A stretch of 63,206 nucleotides of DNA, the filler included, from Octopus bimaculoides (lineage: Eukaryota): NCBI RefSeq assembly GCF_001194135.2. It is 4 parts of 4 records of this genome, joined end to end, with 100 filler letters (N's around TTAATTAATTAA, not from the genome) between each part and the next. Parts side by side here need not be neighbours in the genome. Positions count along the whole stretch, not along the records: positions 1 to 28,965 come from NC_068982.1; 3 more parts are not named here. One strand, given 5' to 3'. Positions within the stretch are counted from its first letter, which is position 1. The number at the start of each line of letters is the position of its first letter. This document shows, piece by piece, positions 1-11,690 of this stretch. The notes below the pieces were generated by a model. It ran no database searches and was not told the DNA's origin. It saw only the letters and a list, made by a program, of their open reading frames with translations. Position numbers and translations under genes: made by a program.

Positions 1-91
<91 letters not shown>

Positions 92-92
<1 letters not shown>

Positions 93-430
93 GTGCAATA
101 GCCCAGTGGTTTGGGCAGCGGACTCGCGGTTATAGGATCGCGGTTTCGATTGGCAAACTTGGCGTTGTGAATGTTTATTGAGCGAAAACGTCTAAATCTC
201 CACGAACCCTGCTGTATTCTTTCACCACAACTTTCTGTTTCTCTTGTACCAGTATTTCAAAGGGCCAGCCTTGTTACAATCTTTGTCACGCTGAATCTCT
301 CTGAGAACTACGATAAGTGTATACGTTTTTCTGGAGTGCTCAGCCACTTGCACGTTAATTTCATGAGCAGGCTGTTCCGTTGGTCGGATCAACTGGAACC
401 CTCGCCCTCGTAACAGACGGAGTGCGACGA
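92..430 (+). mobile_element. tRNA-derived SINE, family A. Other copies: 23546-23920 (-), 37900-38340 (-), 40140-40470 (+), 51270-51570 (-), 60271-60525 (-).
   Basis: Box A-like GCCCAGTGGTT, box B-like GGTTTCGAT, shared body CTGAATCTC...GCTCAGCCACTTGCACGTTAATTTCA. Confidence 0.8.
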
Positions 431-441
431 TATGTATACAT

Positions 442-482
<41 letters not shown>

Positions 483-685
483 NNNNNNNNNNNNNNNNNN
501 NNNNNNNNNNNNNNNNNNNNNNNNNNNNNNNNNNNNNNNNNNNNNNNNNNNNNNNNNNNNNNNNNNNNNNNNNNNNNNNNNNNNNNNNNNNNNNNNNNNN
601 NNNNNNNNNNNNNNNNNNNNNNNNNNNNNNNNNNNNNNNNNNNNNNNNNNNNNNNNNNNNNNNNNNNNNNNNNNNNNNNNNNNNN

Positions 686-760
<75 letters not shown>

Positions 761-1675
761 TATATGAAATGCAATAGTGTATCAATTACTTCGTCCGTTA
801 CACTTTAATTACTTAGACCCAAGCTATCGTTTGTATAGTCAAACCAAGTGCTATCAATTTAATTGCTTGTTTTTCCCCTTCATCAAATCATTTTTGATGT
901 TTCTATGGCAATCGATGTTACACACGAAGGCGTGGGAGAAAGTGTCCTTAAAATACAGAGATATTTCTGTTTTTTTTTTATCTATTGTATTCTCTCTGAC
1001 TGAAAATATTTTGAGAAATTTCCTTCTCTAATTAGTTGGAGAAATCTTTGATTCCATTTCAAACCGGAAAATAATGAGAAAGAGGTGGGCAGAGGAACCG
1101 ACGCGAACGATAATAAACAGACAGGTTAAAATAAAATACAAATAGTGTTTTGAAGTAGAAAAATGACTTGATGAACAAAAAAGGTGCAATGTACTGAGAG
1201 GGATATTTTAATTATTCAAATTGCATTCCTAACATTTTTCATCAGTGTGTTTGATATCACTTAACATTGAAATGGGAAACTATATAACCCTTTCCAATAA
1301 AATACTGACTTCTATTCAAAAGGAATCTTTTCACTTTTTGCACATGTATTAACCTGAATATAACTGACAAGTACAGATAGCGTAACCAGCGCAAATGGCG
1401 TATACCAATCGGTACAGTAATATTAAAATATGAATATATCATTATTAATGATAATAGTATTGCGTTAATAGGTTTACAAGGCCACGCATTCAGGCTAAGT
1501 GCAACAATCGATTAAATCAATTTCAAATTTTTCAGTGTTGTTTATTCTTTCACCACTAGAAGATTTTAAGCTGATTCCAGAAATGTTTGAAGCCTGAACG
1601 TAAAGGAGCAACTCTATGTCCCGCAAACTCGGTACGCTACTGCTGAATGTGCTCAGTGAATTACTAGCAGCTGCA

Positions 1676-1739
<64 letters not shown>

Positions 1740-1853
1740 TATAGGTATTCACCAATAACTAATGATCTGCTTTTAGATAGACACAAAATGCATCTTGCCT
1801 AGCGTGTTAACGATTCTGAGAGCTCGCCGCCTTAATACAATAACATCAACATC

Positions 1854-1939
<86 letters not shown>

Positions 1940-1950
1940 TAATAATAATA
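1676..1950. repeat. (TAG)n at 1676-1739 and (CAA)n(TAA)n at 1843-1950; representative of many AC, AT, AG and trinucleotide microsatellites, e.g. 1-90, 25670-25810, 26283-26409, 48953-49065
   Basis: Directly visible. Confidence 0.95.
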
Positions 1951-3170
1951 CTTTCAGTGCGGATATCAGAATGGAGTTAGGACTGAAAAAGTGTGGTGTG
2001 AGTCTTGAAGAGAGGCAAAATCAAATGTATGGACGGGATACAGATACTGTCGTGGAGGTTATGAAGCAGATAGAAGAGACGGACTATAAGTACTTGAGGA
2101 TATTGGAAATGGATAAATTTATGGAGAAAGAAATAACAGAAAAATTTAAGGTAGAGTACATTAGACAAAATGACAAGGAGGTTGCTGACTAGATTTGGTA
2201 TACTCCACCCAAAAAGTGACAGGCAGACTGTATGTACCAAGAAAAACAGGAGGAAAGGGACTGATTGGATACGAACACAGCATAAGAGCAGAAGAAAACA
2301 TCATAACATAGTATGTAAAAAACGCCACGCACCACTATTATTGGAAGTAAGAAAATCAGGCTTGTGTAGGATCCAAGTTTTCAAAGATAAGGCACTGTAC
2401 AAGCACTTGAGAATGAATGAAACTGAAAATAATACCTGTATTATTCCACCCAAGAACAACAATCGAGAAGTATGCACTTTAAACTTGTTACACGAAAAGT
2501 ACGAAAATCTACACACGTAAACCTTTTAACACCGGAAATGAACGGACCGGTACCCTACGAAAATGATGACCGTCAAAAAGAGCTGGACGTTATTCTTCAT
2601 GTCCCACAAATAAATTTTTTAAGAAGCATAAATGAACACGTGAAGAATATATTTCATTCCTGCACATTTATTTTACAGCAGTGCTCTACCCAAAAAAAGA
2701 AAACACAACGTACACTTATAAAAGCTGGACGGAAAATAACCTAGATAACGACTTGGATACAGCAATGAACCCTAATAAACTAGCTAACATACGAAGATAT
2801 ATTCTCAAAACAAAAAAAAAAACAAATATATCAGAAATAGAAATAGAACACTTAAAAGGAAAAATACAAGAAAATGTAGAACCACACAGCAATGCCAAAT
2901 GATATCATAAGCAATGGGACTGTAAAACACGAAAGCACACGTAACATTTCCAATAAAAGCAAAGTAAACAACGAAAGACAACAAACCCAGACCGTAGGAA
3001 TGTATAATGATGGAAAAATGCCCCGAAGCAGATCACCACAGATAAAAATATGAACAAGAGGGAATACGAAAGAAATCTAAAACCTGGAAACAGTGAAGAC
3101 GACCCAAATGATCATGATACTCCAAATATGAGCATCATCAAAGAACTGAAAACCACAGATCTCAGTATGG
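1951..3170 (+). mobile_element. R4/Dong-like non-LTR retrotransposon fragments next to a (CAA)n(TAA)n tract
   Basis: FSADIRMELGLKKCG, YKYLRILE, LLTRFGILHPKSD (post-RT region); then an N-terminal-like segment LANIRRYILK...EIEIEHLK. Confidence 0.65.
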
Positions 3171-3179
3171 ACCACCGAT

Positions 3180-5250
3180 TGTACCTGCGTGCCCCCACCC
3201 CACCCCCCACCCCAGTAGCACTGCCGATCCAAGGGCAACTGGAAATCATCCATGATAGTTCCTGACCGGAAAGTCCTTCGGAACACTGGCCATTTCTTAT
3301 CCGTCGACACCGAGCATCTCTCCGAGAACATCGTCACACTTCCCCACCACTAATCCTTTATAAATTGCTAAAGTGCAACTTCCACCGAACCCATAAGGTG
3401 AAGGTAATTGTGGATTGCGCTAGTTTGAGCTTCCCTCACCAGGCTACCGAAGACAAGCACCAACCTTTTCGCTAACACTTTTGCCAAAATCTTAAACTCT
3501 GTGTTTAGCGGATTTATGGGCCGAAAATTCCTCAGTAGGTCTCTATTGTCGGCGTCCTTCCTCAGCAGTGACACCACACCCTGCTAACAGCACTAGCAAG
3601 CAATTCTCCCGTTTTGCTGCCAGTTACGTTAGACCCCAACAAGAAGTCGCCAAACAAATCTGGCATGAATACGTATGTCTCATAGGGGAGATTATCCAAA
3701 CCGGGTGATTTGCAAGTTGTGCAATTACTCATCGTCTCACGAATTTCAGTGGCTGTTATCAGCCTTTCACTTAACTCGCATCAGCTTCTGAGAGGCGTAG
3801 CCATTCAGGTATGAACTAAAGTCCATCAATGTCGTTGTCCCATCGCCCTTGCCAAACTGAAAGACGAAGTGCTGCTGGAAAGCCGAGCATAACTACTTAG
3901 AGCTGTGTAGCATGCGTCCGTTCCGATCCATCAAAGACCTGATCGTGGTTTCTTTCTACGTGCGGTCTCCACCGTTCGGGCCCAGCGGACAGATTTAGTC
4001 CCTTCGTGCTTATGTGCACGGGCATTAGCATTGACAACGCAGCCTTCGTGTTTCGCTTTGAAGAAATGGTCGAGGGCCATTATCACAGCTAACACATCGA
4101 TTGCGATGCCCTTACTAATCGCCTCTTCTAATTTGCTAACTAGTTCACCCTCCAATTCCCTTCTATTGCTAACTCTTTGCTAAATGCTATCGATTTTGCT
4201 TTAATCGTCCTCTTCAGGGTGATCTACCACCAGCTGTTGACGATTGTCCCTGTCAACTGCCGCTAAGTTACTTCTCTAATTCAGTCACTGTAGTCTTTTC
4301 GTGCCGGAAAGGACAGGTTCAACTTCCAGTAACCGGGCCCTGTCTACGAGTCCTATCTAACTCGATTTACAGATCACAAACCTGTGGTCTGTGTAGCCGA
4401 CTAATTTAAATTGTGGACAACCTATGTTATCCCTATCCACTGATCTAACAAATACTTTATCTAGATACAATCTGGGTGAGCCATTGCTATTGCTCCTTGT
4501 TGATATCCAGTGGATACCTGTCGGACAATTAGAAGATTCTGGGCAGGTTTTCAAGACTATTGCACCACCACGCAGTCCTTCCGTACGTCCAAAATATTAT
4601 TCCAGTCCCTCAGTAGTACTAATGTGTGAGGCGTTTCCAGTTAAGTTTCAAGACACCTGAAGAGAACTGGTCTTCCATCCCCTGTCGGGACATACACAAC
4701 TATTTGTCTAAAGGCGCCATCTTCGCTGCCAATCATGTCTAGGACCACCAACCTATCGCCCGGGTCCAAAACATTGTCAGTGCTTTGAGATATAAGGATT
4801 TTCGGAATAGCACCGCTACTCCACCGTCCACGCCCAACAAACCACAAGAGATATTCTCATAGTCGTCCAGAATAGGCACTAGTGCTTGCGTATTCGAGAT
4901 CCTTCTCTCGCTAATTGTAGCAATATCTAATTCGAGCCACTTGAGGTCGTTGAGTAAGCGCTCTTACTTCTAAGCTGACACCAATTTCTGAGCTAACATG
5001 TCAGTAAGAGAAAGAAAAAAAAAGGAAGATCACCCACCTTGATTTTTTTTGAGACGCCCAGTTATTCCGATCCTCACTCCCACACTAGCCGGGTATCTTT
5101 CTCGAATTGCTCCTCCTCTGTTTGAATTTCATTTTTCCATACCACTAGGTAATCCATGAAGTCACTGTTGAGTTTGTACCCGACTGTCAAATTGGTGCAT
5201 GCATTTGGCTTTAAATTTTCAACAGATTTAAGTTTGGTAGTTGTAGATTG
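3180..5250 (-). mobile_element. Tx1/L1-like LINE fragment (APE endonuclease and start of RT), decayed
   Basis: YLDKVFVRS, TDHRFV (APE); DLLRNFRPINPLNTEFKILAKVLAKRL (RT); KSPGLDNLP-like segment near 3700. Confidence 0.8.
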
Positions 5251-5257
5251 AGTGCTT

Positions 5258-5288
<31 letters not shown>

Positions 5289-5559
5289 CGTCGGCGTCGT
5301 AGTCGTTGCCGTTCATGAATTTATGTTTTATCAAATTAGCAGATTTATGGCATGCGATGTAGCTCCAAACAATCTTGTAGTCTCAGTTCATACGTTAGAT
5401 GTATCCAGGACGCTGGACTACAAGAAAACACGAGAAAAATGCAGAAAATAAAAATCGAAATTGATGCAAAAAGTGGAACAAGAAGAAAAAAAAAAGAAAG
5501 GGGAACCAAAATGTTCGTCCTCTTTGAATGTAGAAGCCATAATTAATGAAGTTGGTGCA

Positions 5560-5980
5560 GAATAATATAACAGAAGAGATACCAATGTTTGTGAGATAGT
5601 TTCTCAATCCGAAACAGGTGGTCTCCTCCAGTTCCACAACAAAAACTTTTCATGTGTTTGCATTTGCTAAAATTTCGGATGGGGAATTGATATGTTTGTC
5701 AGGATTCTTAGACCTAAAAGAATGTGCGATCTTTCAGCGAAACATAACTTGCATCTCTATGACAGTTATAAATGACGTAGATTTCTCCACGATTCTCGAC
5801 ATAATTGTATGTGGTATGCAAGTCACCAGTCTTCTTCCCGACTCATTGATGAAAATAATTGTACTAAATTTGCTAGCCATCTAAGGGATCTGAACACCAA
5901 ATACATGCCACATACAATCAAGTGGTGAATCATGGAGAAATCTATACCATATATGAATGGATCACGGAAATCCAAAATTT
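5560..5980 (+). mobile_element. Penelope-like remnant
   Basis: TIKW-IMEKSIPYMNGSRK near 5915-5970 resembles the GIY-YIG C-terminus of Penelope elements; the upstream part is only tentatively assigned. Confidence 0.5.
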
Positions 5981-6523
5981 TCTTTTTGGGCCCAAGAATT
6001 AATTCACACTACTTAATTTCAGATACAAAACTTTTAAAAGCAGCAAAAACATAATCAGTTTCTTTAGTCTTACTTGATGACACGGGCCGCTCGGTATTAA
6101 ATAGCTATCTCGTACACTTTGGCCTCCTTTCTGTTATACTATTCTGCAACATCGACATCAATTATGATTTCTACAGTTAAACAGGACGAATATTTTGGTT
6201 TTCATGCTGATTTTTCTCTCTTCTCGTTCCACTTTTTGCATCAATCGTCTTCGTGCCGTTTTCATTTTTTTCTTCTCCATTTTATCGCATGTTTTCTGAT
6301 AGACAAGCCTCTTGCTTTTTTAAATATATCTAACATACGAACTAGGCCTCAGAGATTGGTTAGAGATTCACAGCACGCAACATAAATCTGCCAATTTAAT
6401 GTATCCTAACACATGAAACTATTAATAACTCTTTTAAAATTTTGTATATTAAATGATAATTATCACTCACTGGATGGAGTAGTTTCTTTTGTTGGTCCTA
6501 CTTATGCTGGAAGTGTTGACTTT

Positions 6524-6527
<4 letters not shown>

Positions 6528-6589
<62 letters not shown>

Positions 6590-6593
6590 GGAC

Positions 6594-6624
<31 letters not shown>

Positions 6625-6671
6625 CAGACAGACAAACAGACAGACAGATAAACAGACAGACAGACAGACAA

Positions 6672-6712
<41 letters not shown>

Positions 6713-6845
6713 TAGATAGATTGATTGATTGCTTGATTGATTGATTGATAGGTAGGTAGGTAGGTAGGTAGGTAGGTAGGTATGTAGGCAGGTAGGCAGG
6801 TAGGTACCTACCTACCTACATACATACATACGTACATGCATACGT
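6528..6845. repeat. Compound tetranucleotide tract (TAGA)n-(CAGA)n-(TTGA)n-(TAGG)n-(TACA)n
   Basis: Directly visible. Confidence 0.95.
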
Positions 6846-6848
6846 ATA

Positions 6849-8422
6849 CACTGCGTCCCACATTATTAGGCAAATCAATCTTCTTTCAAATAAATGCTTT
6901 TTCGTTCAAAACCAGTTGTTTTCCCACTGAGTGATGACCAACACCTATCTGCGCATATTCTGATAAAATAAATCGGGTCTGCGCAGACGCCAACAAATGC
7001 TTGTCATGTTTGTGATTGGGCAACATTTTCACCGTCACAAATTATTGGGCAAGTATAATAAAAATGACAATTGTGTCAGAACAAACTTTTATTTAATCCA
7101 ACAGTAAAGATTTAACAGAAAACTTATTCATAAAGAACTTAATGGTAAACGTATTACGTTCAAATGAAAATAATCATGGGATTATGATGACGTACAGCTT
7201 TTAATGTTTGATGCATGATCTTCCACACGCAATAAACTTCCTTACGCGTTGATCCATTGAATTTGTCAAGGTGATGATATCCTCTTGTGTCATGCTTTCA
7301 GCAGCATCTACAATGGCATCCCAGAGGACAACTTTACTTGAAAACTCCCGTCCATCTTGGTAAACGCGCCTCTTGAGGACACTCCACAGGTTCTCGATCA
7401 GGTTTAAGTCAGGGGAACAAGATGGTTACTTAATCAAATGACATCCAGAGAATCTTATTTGCTGCAGGTTTTCCTTATAATTCCTCGCTGCATGAGCCGG
7501 GACGTTATCTTGCATGAGGATCAGCTTTCTCTTGAATGAAAGATTTTGCTTTTTGAACCATGGTTGGAATTTTTTTCTTTAAGAAAATAACATACGTTTT
7601 CGATGTCATCTTAATGCCATCTGGGACTTTCCATGGCCCAGCCATCGATATCAGCCCAAAACATAGCCCCACCTCACTCCTGTTGGCTTCTCAAACGATG
7701 AGGACTGTTCCCGCTGATTGATATCCAAACTTTACTCCAGCCATCTGGTATGTCAAGAGTTGCACGGCATTTGTCAGTGAACAGAACTGTTGAAAATCTT
7801 AATATATTCTTTTACCCATTTCACTCTCTTCTGCTTATGAACAGCCTTCAGAGGTGGGCCTTGTAACAGGTTTAACATTCCTGGCTACCTGCTTCAAGAG
7901 GCGACACCTGGTAGATTTCGATACAACTTCCCTGACACGTTTGAAGACTTCTCTACATGTCAGATATGGGTTCTGCACAACTTCTCTTTTCAAACGTGAC
8001 AAAGTACCACTCGAAGTAACCCTCGACTTACCCTTATCTACCTTCTATCGGACCGAAATAGGAGACTGCACAAATTTTTTCACTGCTCGGTGATCTCTTC
8101 CCAGTATTTTTGATATTTCTCTGGTTGTTTTTCCTTCTCCAAGTTCTGACACGTTGGTAAACTTCTCATTCGAGGTAAGATCACGTTTCTGACTCATATT
8201 GACACTTAAATTGGGTACCTAATAATTTGGGAGAGCAAAAATGTTGCTGCTACACGATAATGGCAACCATTTGTTTTTGTCTGCGCAGATCTGATTTATT
8301 TAACAGAATGTTCGCTCATAGGTGTTGCTAACAGTGATTATTGGGGAAACAACTGGTTCGGAACGAATATACATATATTTATTGAAAGGAGGTTGATTTG
8401 CCTAATAATGTAGAATGCAGAG
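6849..8422 (-). mobile_element. Full-length but inactivated Tc1-like transposon with DD37E spacing (TRT-like)
   Basis: TA flanks at 6847-48 and 8423-24; roughly 170-bp imperfect TIRs (CACTGCGTCCCACATTATTAGGCAAATC / GATTTGCCTAATAATGTAGAATGCAGAG); transposase MSQKRDLT...QDNVPAH-(37 aa, including a TAA)-SPDLNLIENLW. Confidence 0.88.
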
Positions 8423-9438
8423 TATATATACTTTTTGTGTATACCAAGGCTAGCAATGGTTTCATCGTCAGAAAATATCTCAACAGTTCTTCAATCCTAT
8501 CATATAGAAAAACTGGTGCTGGTCTATATTTTTCATTAAAACAAGAAAACAAGTTCGTAAAACTTTATTGTGTCTTCTCGTGTTTTTCCATGCTTTAATC
8601 CAAAATGGAGATGAACAACAATTTTTTCATTCGACCGGGTTGAGAACTGTTCAGATAATTTCTTAGTAACAAAATAATGGTGGCCTTAATACGCAAATAA
8701 AGAACTTTTATCCCTCATTGTTCGATATTTACGTGTATATATATATATATATATATATAGGTATGTATGTAGATATATGTATATATGTATGTATATATGT
8801 ATATATGGGTACAGGACGCCAACAACACTTAACAACCTGAAATACGAAAACAAATGAGTTCAATACGCAAACAACGAGATAAACAAATGGAAGACAGGAC
8901 AAGGAAGAAAGAACGACCCTTCAACAGTTGTCGGCTGTCTACATACTCCTCATTTCAAGCATTGAACGACAATATGAGACTTCGAAGACTGTTGTTTTCA
9001 ACAGTACCAAAATAAACTTTTGGAATTTATAGAGTGTGAAAGTTAGGAACAAAACAGGAAAATGGAGACATACAAGGAAACCGAACGAAAGCAAACATGG
9101 AGGTCGTTAGACCAGAACGGGGGTAAAATAGCGAACGCTGGAGAAATATTTTCTTTGACACGAGCAAAGATAGAATACAGAGATAGGATACGTGCTGTAC
9201 TTAAAAGAGTCCTGAAAGAAAAGAAAATGATCACGTGAGGAAGAGAAACATGGACGATGGTCACGTGTGAGCAACGAAAGAGAGAAACGGAGAAAGAGGG
9301 AGAAAGAGAGACATAAAAATGGTGAAAGGGAGGTAAAAAAGGAATTAGAGAAAGGATGAGATAGAAAACAGAATAGATTAGAATCGCATCAAAAAAGTAA
9401 AGATGGAATGGATGCGTGGCGTTCAATCAAATAATAAT

Positions 9439-9483
<45 letters not shown>

Positions 9484-9628
9484 GCATGTATGCGTATATA
9501 TACAGGGTCGGCTATAATGATGGGACTCATTTTAAATGCAAGTATTTTGGATAATAACAATGACATAGACAACCAAATATATTTATTTCATAACTCGTAA
9601 ACAGGAGTTCAACATCTGTATATCTATA

Positions 9629-9681
<53 letters not shown>

Positions 9682-10015
9682 NNNNNNNNNNNNNNNNNNN
9701 NNNNNNNNNNNNNNNNNNNNNNNNNNNNNNNNNNNNNNNNNNNNNNNNNNNNNNNNNNNNNNNNNNNNNNNNNNNNNNNNNNNNNNNNNNNNNNNNNNNN
9801 NNNNNNNNNNNNNNNNNNNNNNNNNNNNNNNNNNNNNNNNNNNNNNNNNNNNNNNNNNNNNNNNNNNNNNNNNNNNNNNNNNNNNNNNNNNNNNNNNNNN
9901 NNNNNNNNNNNNNNNNNNNNNNNNNNNNNNNNNNNNNNNNNNNNNNNNNNNNNNNNNNNNNNNNNNNNNNNNNNNNNNNNNNNNNNNNNNNNNNNNNNNN
10001 NNNNNNNNNNNNNNN

Positions 10016-10612
10016 TCGAATTTTTTTTTTGCGTGAAATCAAGTACCCTGACCTCTGCAAATATGCTACAAATCCCTTATTTTCGTTCGGAAAAAAAGGA
10101 GTGGAGCGAGCACCCCCCCCCCAATCCCGGAATTATTGGGGATTTCTTTTGTTTTTCATTGAATGAATTCCTGTGATCTACTAATATCTTCAAAACCCTT
10201 CTGGGGTCCGAAAAACAGGGTAAGGCGTTTTCTGTTCAATCAGGATGAAAAATCGATAAACCGATTCCTTACAGGAGTTCTCACTAAAATTGGATACACC
10301 CCATTTCCAACCATAACTTTTACCAATTTTGATGTATTTTGTTCAAACTTGATGCCAGCGGTATCATGGGATCTTTGAATGGTTTAAGTTCTCAAAAAAA
10401 AAACAATCGATGAGTGGAAAAATCGATAAACCGATTCCTTATGGGATTTCCTAATGAAATTGTGTGAACTCATTTTCAGCCAAACGTTTACCAATTTCAA
10501 CGAATTTCTCTCAAATTTGACGTCGGTGTTACTTAGTTTGTTTTGAAACAAAGCGTTTGATTAGCTTAATAATCCTAACTTAATTTCGGGCAACGCCGGG
10601 ATATACTGCTAG
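10016..10612 (+). mobile_element. Non-autonomous Helitron 3' portion
   Basis: GC-rich subterminal hairpin-like CGGGCAACGCCGGG, then CTAG (10609-12) followed by T; internal ~30-bp repeats GAAAAATCGATAAACCGATTCCTTA; 5' end lost in a gap. Confidence 0.6.
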
Positions 10613-10659
10613 TACTATCTAATATTTGAATGTTATGTCCTGGAGATGGTCACTACCAC

Positions 10660-11690
10660 GAAGGGAACATTCACAAGCTCGCTTTCTCATATCAAGCACA
10701 CTGCGGTTTAGCAAACCAACTGGAATGGCTGCAAGCTCTCTACGGATTCTTTGGTTTAGTTCTGCTGCTGTATGGAGCCTCCTTGCGTATACCCTTATCT
10801 TTGAGGTAACCCCACGGAAAATAGTCCACCGAGGTTAGATCTTGTGATAGGAATGGTCAGTGGGTATCAACAAATCTCGAAATGGGATATCAGGGAATTG
10901 TTTTCGAAAGGTTGTCATTGACAGTCATGTTTTTATGACTAGTGGCACCATCTTTTTGCATCCACATCTGTGTCAGAGTAAGCCTTTGTAACTCAAGAAA
11001 GAAGGTCTTCAACATATGGTTGTTGCGCTCAGCAGTTACCGTTACATCGGCGCCATGTTCGTCCTCAAAAGAAAAAGTATCAATTACCCATGCATACATC
11101 CCTGCACACCACACTGTGATCCGCTCACTATGCAAAGGCCTTTCATGCACGATTTGAGGGTTTTCACAACACAAAAAACCTACAATTTTGTTTACTAACA
11201 TAACCAGAAAGGTTATACAATCTTCTTCGTCCATGCACATATTGACAAACCAATCACTTTAAAGTCTTTCTTTGCACCTTACCTGTGGAAGCAATTGCTG
11301 CACTCGTTGTACTTTATGGATGGAAATGTAGGTCTTGCTTTTAAAATCCATCTGACACTGTTTCGCAAAAATATTCAGCTGTTCAGCCAATCGACACATA
11401 GATTCGATAGACTTCGTTCAACAGCGTTCCCCACACTTCGGCAGTACTCTGCCTTACGAGACGTTCGAGGTCGACCTGGCTTTTCTTTCATCGAGATATT
11501 GTCTATCTCACGGAAGTTTGTAATAGCACGCAGGACTACTTTTCAGGATGGTCCCTGTCGCTTTCCAAAATACTGTCGAAATTTTCATTGGGCTGCTGCG
11601 ATGGATCTTTTGCCGGTGATGTATGCTTCGACCACGTATGCAATTTCTTTTGGAATCCAACATAATGAGGGTCACTGATACCAACTATTA
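10660..11690 (-). mobile_element. Decayed mariner-like transposase (maT/rosa type)
   Basis: HERPLHSERITVWCA...FEDEHGADVTVTAER...MWMQKDGATSH in ORF 10890-11240. Confidence 0.75.

Noticed and set aside
92-170. tRNA-like A/B boxes at SINE heads
   Set aside because: They continue into SINE bodies and do not form complete cloverleaves, so they are not tRNA genes.
222-808. Long ORFs spanning N gaps and dinucleotide repeats, here and at 9527, 16895, 22174, 36729, 47329, 58615 and 60573
   Set aside because: Open only because of X runs and AC/AT repeats.
1495-1680. Non-repetitive ORF tail LRDIELLLYVQASNISG...DLIDCCT and an AATCGATTAAATCAAT homeodomain-like motif
   Set aside because: No recognisable protein family, no convincing splice sites, and short motif matches are expected by chance.
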